This document shows positions 49,733 through 58,448 of a DNA stretch of 64,000 bases, piece by piece. Both the position numbers and the translations under genes were made by a program. Position 1 is the stretch's first letter. Each line of letters opens with the position of its first letter. The notes beneath the pieces are model-generated. The model was not told the origin of the DNA and did no database searches. It saw only the letters and a list, made by a program, of their open reading frames with translations. The stretch covers positions 28,724 to 92,723 of the forward strand of contig CAZADH010000001.1 in NCBI GenBank assembly GCA_964483805.1, written 5' to 3'. Origin of the DNA: an uncultured bacterium (GTDB taxonomy: Bacteria > Muiribacteriota > Ozemobacteria > Ozemobacterales > Ozemobacteraceae).

Positions 49733-51100
49733 CTACATCGGCCAGGCCTTGAAGATCCAGAGGTCGAAGCCCGCGTGGCCGCTCTTGATGTCGCCCTCGC
49801 CGCGCGGCGATGCGCCGCCGGTGACGACGTAGCCGCCGTCGCTGGTGGGCCACAGATCGTTGCCCACGTCGGGGTCGCGTCCGCCCAGGCAGCGTTGCCA
49901 GTGGATATCCCCGGCGGCGCCGAGGCGCACGAGCCACAGGTCAGGCCGATCGGTGTGCACGCCGCCGACGTCGCCGTTGAACGACGCCGTTTCGCCGGTC
50001 ATGATGTAGCCGCCGTCGTTCAGTTGGCGAATGCTGGTCGCGGTGTCGTCGGCCGAACCGCCGAGCGATTTTTCCCAGACCTTGCCGCCGTTGGCGTCGA
50101 GTGCGAACACCCAGGCATCACTGCCACCTTGATGTCCGGCGGTGCTGGGCGAGCGGTTGTAGCCGGCGCAGATGAAGCCGCCAGCCGCGTTCGGGTGAAC
50201 CGCGAGCACGGTGTCGTCGTCCATGCCGCCCAGATCGACGAGCCACTCGGTGGCTCCGCTTGCCGCCAGTTTCGCGACCATGCCGTTCCCCAGGCACCAC
50301 GGCGCCGGTTGGTTGCCCGGGCCGCGCGCGATGCGTCCCCCGACGACGTAGCCGCCTGCCGCGTTGTCGACGGCACAAGCCAGATCGTCGCCCTTGGTGC
50401 CGAGACACTTCTGCCACTGGATATTCAGGGCACTGTCGAGTTTGACCACCCACGCGTCGTTCTGGCCGATCAGGCCTTTGACGTCGCCGTCTGGAGAATC
50501 GGTGGTACCGACGACGATGCAGCCGCCGTCACCGGTCGCCTGCACGCCGCAGGCGATCTCGCTGTTGCCTCCGCCCAGGCATTTGCGGGCGAGCAGTGAC
50601 CCCGAACCCGACACCTTGATGACCCACGCGTCGTTACCGCCGTGGTTGCCCGACACATCGCCCTCGTTCGAGTCGGTGTAGCCGGCCACCCAGTAGGTGT
50701 CGTTGCCAACCGCAGCAATGGCCAGGGCCCGCTCGGTGCCGGTGCCGCCAAAACACTTCGACCAGACCTTCTTGCCGGTGTTGTCGTAACGGGCGACCAG
50801 AAAGTCGCCGCGTCCCCAGTAGGCACTGACGTCGCCGTCGTGGTGGTTGGTCATGTCGTGGTCGCGCGAGTTGGCGTAGCCCGCCACCATCCATTGTCCG
50901 TTCGGCGTCGGGCAGATGGCTTGGCCGACGTCGTCGCTGTCGCCACCCAGGCACGCCTGCCACGTGAAGGTCAGCGGCGCCGCCGGCACTTCATAAGCCG
51001 TGACCGGTTGGGCGACGAGAGTCAGGGTCACGATCAGGGTCAGTCTGATGACCAGCACGATGGCGCTGGACGTCGGATCGCAAGCAGGGCGTTGTCGCAT
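49733..51100 (-). CDS. Secreted SBBP-repeat beta-propeller protein
   Basis: Seven to eight repeats of the form W.K..GG...D.A..V....GY...G.T.S.DGDV..G..DAWV.KLD. Confidence 0.65.
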   Translation of the reverse strand: MRQRPACDPTSSAIVLVIRLTLIVTLTLVAQPVTAYEVPAAPLTFTWQACLGGDSDDVGQAICPTPNGQWMVAGYANSRDHDMTNHHDGDVSAYWGRGDFLVARYDNTGKKVWSKCFGGTGTERALAIAAVGNDTYWVAGYTDSNEGDVSGNHGGNDAWVIKVSGSGSLLARKCLGGGNSEIACGVQATGDGGCIVVGTTDSPDGDVKGLIGQNDAWVVKLDSALNIQWQKCLGTKGDDLACAVDNAAGGYVVGGRIARGPGNQPAPWCLGNGMVAKLAASGATEWLVDLGGMDDDTVLAVHPNAAGGFICAGYNRSPSTAGHQGGSDAWVFALDANGGKVWEKSLGGSADDTATSIRQLNDGGYIMTGETASFNGDVGGVHTDRPDLWLVRLGAAGDIHWQRCLGGRDPDVGNDLWPTSDGGYVVTGGASPRGEGDIKSGHAGFDLWIFKAWPM

Positions 51101-51245
51101 ACCGATGTTCTCCTCATGCCGAACTGGTCCGCCGGGACCATCGGGCATCATCGGCAGGATGCGCGGTTTTGTTTACCTTCGCGATTGGCTCGATTCGATA
51201 GCGCGGCACGGCGCAACGCGCACCTGTGTGTCGACGATGCGCAAA

Positions 51246-52415
51246 TCAATACAACGTAATGTCGCCGACGATCGGGGCGTGGTCTGACAGCCGCGGGATG
51301 ACCACGGTGTTGCTCTCGAACAGGGTGCGTGTGCCCGACGCGGGGCGGACCAGCAGGTAGTCGATCTTGCGCGTCGGGCGGGCCACGTTGTTCTCGAAGT
51401 CGGCCACTGAGGTGCCGCGCGGGACTGTGCTCTCATTGTTGCCGGCGTCGAGATATCGCTCGGTGTATTGCGGCTGGACGACGTCGGGAAGCAGGTTGAA
51501 GTCGCCGCCGAGGATCAGCGGGTCGGGCAGTGTGGCGCTGAGTGAGAACACGCGGTGACTCTGGTCGGCGGTGATGGCGCGTTCTCGCTCCCCGTGTGGC
51601 GCAAACAGGTGGGTGTTGGCCGCCGTGATCTCGCGATTGCCGATGCGACACCGCACCCAGAGCACGCCTTTGCCGGCCGCCAACTCGACCGCCGTGTGGT
51701 CGGCGGTGATCGGAAAGGCGAGGAAACCCGAGGCGACGATGGGATGGCGGGAAAACGTCAGCAGGCCGCCGCGGTTGTAAACAGTGGACCCCGACGAGCG
51801 GACGTGCCACTGTGGGAACGCCCGGCGAAACCGGGTGACCTCCTCGGTGCGCCAGACCTCTTGTAGCAATACAATGTCTGGATTCAATTCGCGGATCATC
51901 TTCAGGATGCGTTCGATGCGCAACTCGGGGGCGGTGACAACCGGGGGCGGCAGAAGCCAGGTATTCAGCGAAAACACCCGCAGGCGCAGCTCAGTGCTGA
52001 CTGTCGCCGGGGCGGCCACCGGCGTGGAGGCCGAAGCCGCTGCCGGCGCTGAGGTTGGCAGCAGCAGACCCATGCGGGTGAGGCTGGCGATCTCGGCCGC
52101 CTGCGCCGCGGCAGAGGCTGGAGAGAGCGGTGGGAGGGCGGTCGGACCTGAAGCGCTGCGTTTGTCGCTGGTCTTGCCGGTCGGTTTCGTCGCCTGTGTG
52201 GCCGCGCTGGCCGTCGTTGATGCACCGCGGACGGCCGATGCCGGAAACTCGGGGTTCCAGTCATCGATCGCCGCCACCGACGACGATGCTGGCGACGACG
52301 ATGCTATAGGCGTCGATGCATCAACGACTGCGGAGGTGTAAGCAATACACAGTATGGCGACCACAAAAGCCGCTGCGCGCAGCGGGCGTGGACAGCGAAG
52401 ATGTCGCCGGCGCAT
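51246..52415 (-). CDS. Endonuclease/exonuclease/phosphatase (EEP) family protein with a long Ala/Ser/Pro-rich N-terminal linker
   Basis: EEP motifs LRVFSLNTW...DIVLLQEV...GDFN...SDHAPI. Its start is coupled to the upstream stop by a TGATG overlap. Confidence 0.7.
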   Translation of the reverse strand: MRRRHLRCPRPLRAAAFVVAILCIAYTSAVVDASTPIASSSPASSSVAAIDDWNPEFPASAVRGASTTASAATQATKPTGKTSDKRSASGPTALPPLSPASAAAQAAEIASLTRMGLLLPTSAPAAASASTPVAAPATVSTELRLRVFSLNTWLLPPPVVTAPELRIERILKMIRELNPDIVLLQEVWRTEEVTRFRRAFPQWHVRSSGSTVYNRGGLLTFSRHPIVASGFLAFPITADHTAVELAAGKGVLWVRCRIGNREITAANTHLFAPHGERERAITADQSHRVFSLSATLPDPLILGGDFNLLPDVVQPQYTERYLDAGNNESTVPRGTSVADFENNVARPTRKIDYLLVRPASGTRTLFESNTVVIPRLSDHAPIVGDITLY

Positions 52416-53137
52416 CAGCGGGCGGCCGCGGCGGGGTGACGGGCGGCGGCACTTGCCAGGGCAGCGAACGACAGGTCGAGCAGCGGCATGCGGTCCCAGC
52501 CCGGGAAATCGAAATGCCACCATTCGCTGTTGAGCAGCTTGAAGCCCTGGCGGAGCATGGCCTTCTGCAGACGCGTGCGATTGGCAAACACTTCGGGGGT
52601 GAGCCCGGGGGCGCGGGCGGGGGTGAACGAGGAGACCTCGTCATACGCCGTGGGCATCGCGACCTCGCTGCCGTCAAGGCGGGCGAGGGTCAGGTCGACC
52701 GCGCAGCCGCGGTTGTGGCGCGAGCCGGTCTTGGGGTCGGCGACGAGCTCGGGGTCGGGCCGCTTCTCCCACAGACGGCGTTGCACCGACAACGGACGGT
52801 AGGCGTCCCAGATCACCAACGCAAAGCCTTGACTTGCGAGGTCGGCATTGGCGCGGGCGAGAGCGCGCGCGGCCGGTTCGGCCAGATACGCGACGGCATC
52901 GGGATACAGTGGCTCGCCGACGAAGTTGTCGGCGGTGGCATAGAGCAGGCGCAGGATTGGCGCGGGGCGCAGCGTGGTCAGGTCGATCATCGGCACGACC
53001 GGGGCCGTGGCCACCGGCGGATTGGCGATCGCGGCCTGGGCGCAGAAGAGTGCCACCGTGCCGAGGGCGAGAAGTTGGCAGATCGTCGCCGGGCGGGCGT
53101 TGGCGGCGGTGGCGTGGCGCAGAAGACGATGAAGCAT
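52415..53137 (-). CDS. D-Ala-D-Ala dipeptidase-like M15 metallopeptidase (VanX/DdpX family), secreted
   Basis: Motifs DAYRP...SRHNRGCAVDLTL...EWWHFD. Confidence 0.8.
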   Translation of the reverse strand: MLHRLLRHATAANARPATICQLLALGTVALFCAQAAIANPPVATAPVVPMIDLTTLRPAPILRLLYATADNFVGEPLYPDAVAYLAEPAARALARANADLASQGFALVIWDAYRPLSVQRRLWEKRPDPELVADPKTGSRHNRGCAVDLTLARLDGSEVAMPTAYDEVSSFTPARAPGLTPEVFANRTRLQKAMLRQGFKLLNSEWWHFDFPGWDRMPLLDLSFAALASAAARHPAAAAR

Positions 53138-53283
53138 GCAGGCCTCCGGATGCGGGGATGATGCCGGTATGGTATCCGGGAGAGCTGCCGTTTGTCATCC
53201 TCTCGGCCGCTCTGGTGCCGTTGCCAACGAAACCCGGCCACGTGCCGCCGGAAAGCGGATCGGAAAGAATCTGCTATATAGGT

Positions 53284-53320
53284 TGACTTATATATAGCGA
53301 ATATAATATATAGTAAGTCA
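53284..53320. promoter_or_regulatory. AT-rich inverted repeat (TGACTTATATATA...TATATAGTAAGTCA) immediately upstream of the ArsR-family gene; candidate operator and promoter
   Basis: A near-perfect 13-14-bp dyad ending 10 nt before the ATG at 53330. It is an AT-rich island in GC-rich DNA. Confidence 0.55.
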
Positions 53321-53329
53321 TCGATATCC

Positions 53330-53662
53330 ATGAAGAAGCTGACGACACTCAAATCCGAGAATCTCGAGCACCTGGCGCAGGTGTTGAAGGCGGTGGCGCA
53401 TCCGTTGCGGTTGCGCCTGCTCGATCTGCTGTGCCGGTCCGAGCACACCGTGAACGAGCTGACCGCGCATCTGGGCATTGCTCAGGCGCTGGTGTCGCAG
53501 CAACTCAAGACGATGCGATCGGCGGGCATTCTGGCGGTTCGCCAGGACGGGGCGCGGCGCATCTACTCGCTGGCTTTGTCGCAACTGCGCCACTTGATCG
53601 AGTGCATGGCGTCGTGTCAGGACCATTGCCGGCCAGCAGTGAAATCATCCAGGAGGTCATAA
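53330..53662 (+). CDS. ArsR/SmtB-family HTH regulator, SqrR/BigR-like Cys arrangement
   Basis: Winged-helix motif HPLRLRLLDLLCRSEHTVNEL...QALVSQQLK. Cys residues in helix 2 (LLCRSE) and near the C-terminus (ECMASCQDHC). Confidence 0.7.
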   Translation: MKKLTTLKSENLEHLAQVLKAVAHPLRLRLLDLLCRSEHTVNELTAHLGIAQALVSQQLKTMRSAGILAVRQDGARRIYSLALSQLRHLIECMASCQDHCRPAVKSSRRS

Positions 53663-53663
53663 C

Positions 53664-56162
53664 ATGGAAGCTCAAACGATCGGTTCCGCGAAGTCTCTGC
53701 GCCTGGTAATCGTCGGTGGTGTGGCCGGAGGCGCGTCGGCAGCGGCGCGCGCGCGGCGACTCGATGAACACGCCGAGATCATCGTCCTCGAGGCGGGGCC
53801 GTACGTCAGTTTCGCCAACTGCGGGCTGCCCTATCATCTGGGGGGCGTGATCGAAGATCGCGACGACTTGCTGGTGCAGACGCCTGAGTCGTTGAAAGAG
53901 CGATTCAACCTCGACGTGCGGGTGCGGCACGAAGTGACGGCGATCGACGCAGCGGCAAAAAAGGTCACGGTCAAGAACCATGCCTCCGGCGCCACCGAGG
54001 CAATCACCTACGACAAGTTGATTCTCGCACCGGGAGCGGCGCCGTTCCGGCCGCCGATCAATGGCCTCGACCTGCCGAATGTCTTCAACCTCTGGACGAT
54101 TCCAGATCTGGACAATGTATTGCAATACATCAAAGCGAAGTCTCCCCGCCACGCGACGGTCATCGGCGGTGGCTTCATCGGCATCGAGGTGGCCGAGAAC
54201 CTCCGGCACAAGGGGCTGGCGGTCACGGTGGTCGAGCGTGAGAAACAGGTGATGCCGCCGATCGACAGCGAGATGGCCGAGCTGTTGCATCAGCATCTGC
54301 GCCTGCATGGTGTCGACCTCAAGCTGGGTGCGAGCGTGACCGGCATCGTCGGCACGGGCGCCCGCACTGCCGTGCAGCTCGGCAGCGAGCCTCCGCTCGA
54401 GACCGATCTGGTCATCGTGGCCATTGGCGCGCGTCCGCGCACAGAGTTGGCCAAGGGCGCGGGCTTGAAGATTGGGGAGCGGGGCGGCATTGTCGTCGAC
54501 GATCGCATGCAGACCTCGAATCCCGATATCTACGCCGTCGGCGACGCGATCGAAGTGAAGGACCGCGTGACCGGCCTGCAGACGCTGATTCCGCTGGCAG
54601 GCCCGGCGAACCGGCAGGGGCGGATCGCCGCCGATCAGGTGTTCGGGCGCGACAGTCGCTACCGCGGATCGCAGGGCACGGCAATCTGCAAGATCTTCGA
54701 TCTCGCCGTGGCCATGACCGGGGCGAGCGAGAAGACGTTGAAGCGGCTGAAGATGCCGTATCAGAAGGCGATGATTCATGCGGCCAGCCATGCGGGGTAT
54801 TACCCTGGGGCGATGCCGCTGACTGTCAAGATTGTATTTACACCTGATACGGGCAAGGTTCTTGGCGCCCAGGCGATCGGCGCTGATGGGGCCGACAAAC
54901 GGGTCGACGTGCTGGCGACGGCGATTGCCGCAGGCATGACCGTTTACGATCTCGAGCATCTCGAGTTGTGTTACGCGCCGCCGTTTGGTTCGGCGAAGGA
55001 TCCGGTCAACGTGGTCGGCATGGTGGGCGCCAACCTGCTGCGTGGCGATCACCGTGGATTCCAGACCGATGACCTGGCTACGATGGCGCTCGACAAGGCG
55101 ATGTTGCTCGACGTGCGCACGCCGACCGAGCACGAGGCCGGCCACATTCCGGGGTCGGTGCTGATCCCGGTTGATGAGTTGCGGCCGCGGATGGCCGAGT
55201 TGCCGCGCGACAGGGAAATCTTGATCTATTGCCAACAGGGTTTGCGTGGGTATGTGGCGCAACGCCAGTTGGTGCAGAAAGGTTTCATCGTTCGCAATCT
55301 CGTGGGCGGTTACAAGGCCTGGGCGATGGCGAACCAACGGTTGTCGGGGCTCGGGGCGGTTCCGGTGCCGCACACGCAAACGTTCTGCAGCTCTCCGTCG
55401 ACGTCGCCGTCAGTGCCCGATACGGCGTTCGAGCTCGACGCGTGTGGGCTGCAGTGTCCGGGGCCCTTGTTGAAGATGCGCGAGCGCCTCGACGAATTGA
55501 AAGAGGGTCAGCGCCTGCGGATCATCGCGACCGATCCCGGGTTCCCTGCCGATGTTGCCGCCTGGGCGAAGCGCGCCGGGCACCGCCTGGTGTCGATGAA
55601 CCCGGAGAAGGGGCGATACATCGCGCTCGTGGAGCGTGGTCCCGTGGCGCCGCCGGTTGACACAAACGCGGCGCTGGCCGGCCTTGCGGGCAAGAAGAGA
55701 CTGACGATGGTCGTGTTCTCGAACGACCTCGACAAGGCGATGGCGGCGATGATCATCGCGAACGGTGCAGCGGCGATGGGGCTCGAGGTGACGTTGTTCT
55801 TCACCTTCTGGGGCCTGAACATTTTGCGCAAGGAGCAGCCGCCGGCCGTCGAGAAGGGTCTCATCGACAAGATGTTCGGCGCGATGATGCCGCGTGGTCC
55901 CGAGAAGCTGTCGCTCTCGAAGATGAACATGGGCGGCATGGGCACCATGATGATGAAGCAGGTCATGGCGCAGAAGAACGTGGCGTCGCTGCCTGAGTTG
56001 ATCGCGAGCGCCCGCAAGAACAAGGTCCGCTTCGTGGCCTGCACGATGTCGATGGACGTGATGGGCCTGAAGAAAGACGAACTGGTCGACGGCGTCGAAG
56101 AGGGCGGCGTCGCCGCCTATCTCGACTCGGCCAGCGATTCGACGATCAATCTGTTCATTTGA
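53664..56162 (+). CDS. CoA-disulfide reductase-type FAD/NAD(P) disulfide oxidoreductase fused to rhodanese, TusA-like and DsrE-like domains (persulfide/polysulfide reductase-like)
   Basis: VIVGGVAGG and SFANCGLPY (CoADR active-site Cys); rhodanese CQQGLRG; TusA CGLQCPGP; C-terminal DsrE-like segment MVVFSNDLDKAMAA...FTFWG. Confidence 0.8.
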   Translation: MEAQTIGSAKSLRLVIVGGVAGGASAAARARRLDEHAEIIVLEAGPYVSFANCGLPYHLGGVIEDRDDLLVQTPESLKERFNLDVRVRHEVTAIDAAAKKVTVKNHASGATEAITYDKLILAPGAAPFRPPINGLDLPNVFNLWTIPDLDNVLQYIKAKSPRHATVIGGGFIGIEVAENLRHKGLAVTVVEREKQVMPPIDSEMAELLHQHLRLHGVDLKLGASVTGIVGTGARTAVQLGSEPPLETDLVIVAIGARPRTELAKGAGLKIGERGGIVVDDRMQTSNPDIYAVGDAIEVKDRVTGLQTLIPLAGPANRQGRIAADQVFGRDSRYRGSQGTAICKIFDLAVAMTGASEKTLKRLKMPYQKAMIHAASHAGYYPGAMPLTVKIVFTPDTGKVLGAQAIGADGADKRVDVLATAIAAGMTVYDLEHLELCYAPPFGSAKDPVNVVGMVGANLLRGDHRGFQTDDLATMALDKAMLLDVRTPTEHEAGHIPGSVLIPVDELRPRMAELPRDREILIYCQQGLRGYVAQRQLVQKGFIVRNLVGGYKAWAMANQRLSGLGAVPVPHTQTFCSSPSTSPSVPDTAFELDACGLQCPGPLLKMRERLDELKEGQRLRIIATDPGFPADVAAWAKRAGHRLVSMNPEKGRYIALVERGPVAPPVDTNAALAGLAGKKRLTMVVFSNDLDKAMAAMIIANGAAAMGLEVTLFFTFWGLNILRKEQPPAVEKGLIDKMFGAMMPRGPEKLSLSKMNMGGMGTMMMKQVMAQKNVASLPELIASARKNKVRFVACTMSMDVMGLKKDELVDGVEEGGVAAYLDSASDSTINLFI

Positions 56163-56505
56163 TTCTCGGGGCGATGGACAGCCCCATCGCCGGATCTGCG
56201 TGGAAGGGAATGCCGGCCGTCGGGCCAGTTATGCAGGCAAGAGTCCGCAGATCGTCGGTGTAGAATACGTTGTATTGTTGTCCACACGGTCCCCGTTTCG
56301 CTAACGTGAAGCGGGGGCCGTGGTGTGTGTGGCGAACATTTTTTCCCGGGGCACCCTCGACGGCGGATGTTTACAGTGATTGAGTCCGCAGTCGAGGGGG
56401 TGCACTGTCGATGGATGCCATACGCCGATTGCTCGAAGACACGCTGCTGGCCAGGAATCCGGTAGCCGGAATGGTTGCCGCGGCACCGCCCGCACAAGAG
56501 GCATC

Positions 56506-57417
56506 ATGACCCGGCGCCACGACGAGGGTTACAAGCTCCTGTTCTCGCATCCCGAAATGGTGCGCGATCTCTTGCGCGGGTTCGTGCACGAACCGTGGGT
56601 CGAGGAACTCGACTTCACCACGCTCGAAAAGGAACCGTGCAGTTTCGTTGGCGATCGGCTGCGCGAACGGCGCGACGATCTCATCTGGCGGGTGCGTTGG
56701 CAGGGCAACTGGCTCTACGTCTATATCTTGCTCGAGTTTCAATCGAAGGTCGATCCGTACATGGCGCTGCGCATGATGTCGTATGTGTCGTCTCTGTGGC
56801 TCGACCTGCACGCCCGCAGGCGACTTCATCCCGATGGCTCGCTGCCGCCGGTGCTACCCGTCGTCTTATACAACGGACGCAAACACTGGACCGCGCCGGT
56901 CGAGGTTGCCGACCTTGTTGCGACGATGCCGGTGGGCCTCGATCGATTTCGTCCGCGCCTGACTCACCTGGTGATCGATGAGTTGCGCTGTGCCGAGAGC
57001 GACCTGCAGCCGGTGCGCAATCTGGTGGCGGTGTTGTTTCAGCTCGAGCACGGCCGCGACGAGGACACGCTGGTTCAGTTGATGCGGAACCTGCTTGTGT
57101 GGTTACATAGTGATGAACAACGAAGTCTGCGCAGATCATTCGCCGTCTGGATCCGCCGCGTGTTGCTGAACACCGATGTTGTCGGGCGGGTTGCGGTGTC
57201 GCAGGAAATCGGTGAACTGTCGGAGGCCACCGTCATGTTGGAAGAAAACATCAGATACATTATTGCCCGGCGCAAGGCCGAGGCGCGTGCCGAGGGCCGC
57301 ACCGAGGCCCTGCGCGCGACTGCACGGCGCATGCAGGGACTTGGCGTATCGGTGGCCGAGATTGCGAAGTTTCTCGGGATCACCGAAGACGCGGTGCGCG
57401 GCCTGCTGGAGTCGTGA
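56506..57417 (+). CDS. Rpn-family recombination-promoting nuclease/putative transposase (PD-(D/E)XK, YhgA-like)
   Basis: DDLIWRVRWQGNWLYVYILLEFQSKVD is typical of the Rpn/Transposase_31 family. Confidence 0.7.
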   Translation: MTRRHDEGYKLLFSHPEMVRDLLRGFVHEPWVEELDFTTLEKEPCSFVGDRLRERRDDLIWRVRWQGNWLYVYILLEFQSKVDPYMALRMMSYVSSLWLDLHARRRLHPDGSLPPVLPVVLYNGRKHWTAPVEVADLVATMPVGLDRFRPRLTHLVIDELRCAESDLQPVRNLVAVLFQLEHGRDEDTLVQLMRNLLVWLHSDEQRSLRRSFAVWIRRVLLNTDVVGRVAVSQEIGELSEATVMLEENIRYIIARRKAEARAEGRTEALRATARRMQGLGVSVAEIAKFLGITEDAVRGLLES

Positions 57418-57481
57418 GCGCCGGGTTGTGCGAGCAGCAAGTCACCATGGACGACACCACGTTTGGGGCGAGTTAAACGAA

Positions 57482-57507
57482 GCACCGCTTGCTTGCGCAA
57501 GCGGTGC
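57482..57507. terminator. Perfect 11-bp stem hairpin (GCACCGCTTGC ttgc GCAAGCGGTGC) between convergent genes
   Basis: Perfect inverted repeat in the gap between 57417 and 57538. Confidence 0.45.
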
Positions 57508-57537
57508 CATGAGCGCCGTGTCGTTGGCGACAGGTCG

Positions 57538-58206
57538 TCAGTCGACGTTGGCCGTCACCAGGATGACCGTGATCTGGTCACGCGCTTCGCCCTCGGCGAA
57601 GCGGACCAGCACCGGATCGATGTCGACGGCGCCAACCTGCGTGCCGCCAGGCAACTTGTAATCGAGGGTGGCATGCAGCCGATGCAGGCTGAGGCGGTCG
57701 CGCTCGGTGGTTAGATAGCGGGCCAGCACCTTGCGGCCTTCGGTGGTCCACTTGGTGCCGTGTTGCGAGATCGTGACCAGATCGAGAATCTCTTTTTTGG
57801 TGGTGGTCATGAGCGCCGTGTCGTTGACGTGGCGACCGTTGGCCTCATACTCATTGATGATGACCTGGCGAATGACCTGGGCAAGGGTCAGGTCGAGATC
57901 TTTCTCTTTGTCGGCGCGGACCGGGAACACTTCACGGCTCTGGCCGTCGACGGTCTGAAAGTAGGCGACCTGATACGTCACGCTGTGCTCGAAACCGGCA
58001 GGAGCAGCAACCGGAACCAGTTCGATGCGATCGAACGCGGCGACCGGAGCGCGGTCGGGTGTGGCCTGTGCGGCAGCAGCCATCTCGGCGAGAACCGCTT
58101 CGCCTGGCGCCACGGTTGCGGGCGCACCCACCACCGGACCCACCAAAAGAACAACGATGAAGGCAAAAACAGCAATACAACGAGAATACGAGAACACCAT
58201 GATCAA
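57538..58206 (-). CDS. Hypothetical secreted protein
   Basis: Signal peptide; no recognisable family. Confidence 0.4.
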   Translation of the reverse strand: MIMVFSYSRCIAVFAFIVVLLVGPVVGAPATVAPGEAVLAEMAAAAQATPDRAPVAAFDRIELVPVAAPAGFEHSVTYQVAYFQTVDGQSREVFPVRADKEKDLDLTLAQVIRQVIINEYEANGRHVNDTALMTTTKKEILDLVTISQHGTKWTTEGRKVLARYLTTERDRLSLHRLHATLDYKLPGGTQVGAVDIDPVLVRFAEGEARDQITVILVTANVD

Positions 58207-58448
58207 ACCCCACGAACCTCAACGAAATCGACCGGACGGTTTGCCCTGACGGGTTGGCGCCGGCATCCACTGAAGCACGGCAGTGTAGCAAATTCTGTGC
58301 CGTCTGTCACTATGTCTATCGACAAAGGCCGAAACCGGCATTAGATGCTGTTTCCCGTAGTCACTGCACGGTGGGTGAACGCTCGTTGTGCAGGCGCGGC
58401 ACCCCGGATTGCCAACTGTGCTCGACCTGTGACCACCCCGGTGGTCGG

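Noticed and set aside
47901-49937. 678-aa minus-strand ORF
   Set aside because: It is antisense to the YiiX-like gene, which has a ribosome-binding site, a signal peptide and family motifs.
54115-54130. Interpreting the TGTA...TACA dyads as NtcA/CRP-family sites
   Set aside because: The spacing does not fit GTA-N8-TAC or TGTGA-N6-TCACA: there are 6 nt, or 1 nt, between half-sites. Most copies are intragenic.
53505-55379. 624-aa minus-strand ORF
   Set aside because: It is antisense to the CoADR-rhodanese fusion, which has unambiguous active-site motifs.
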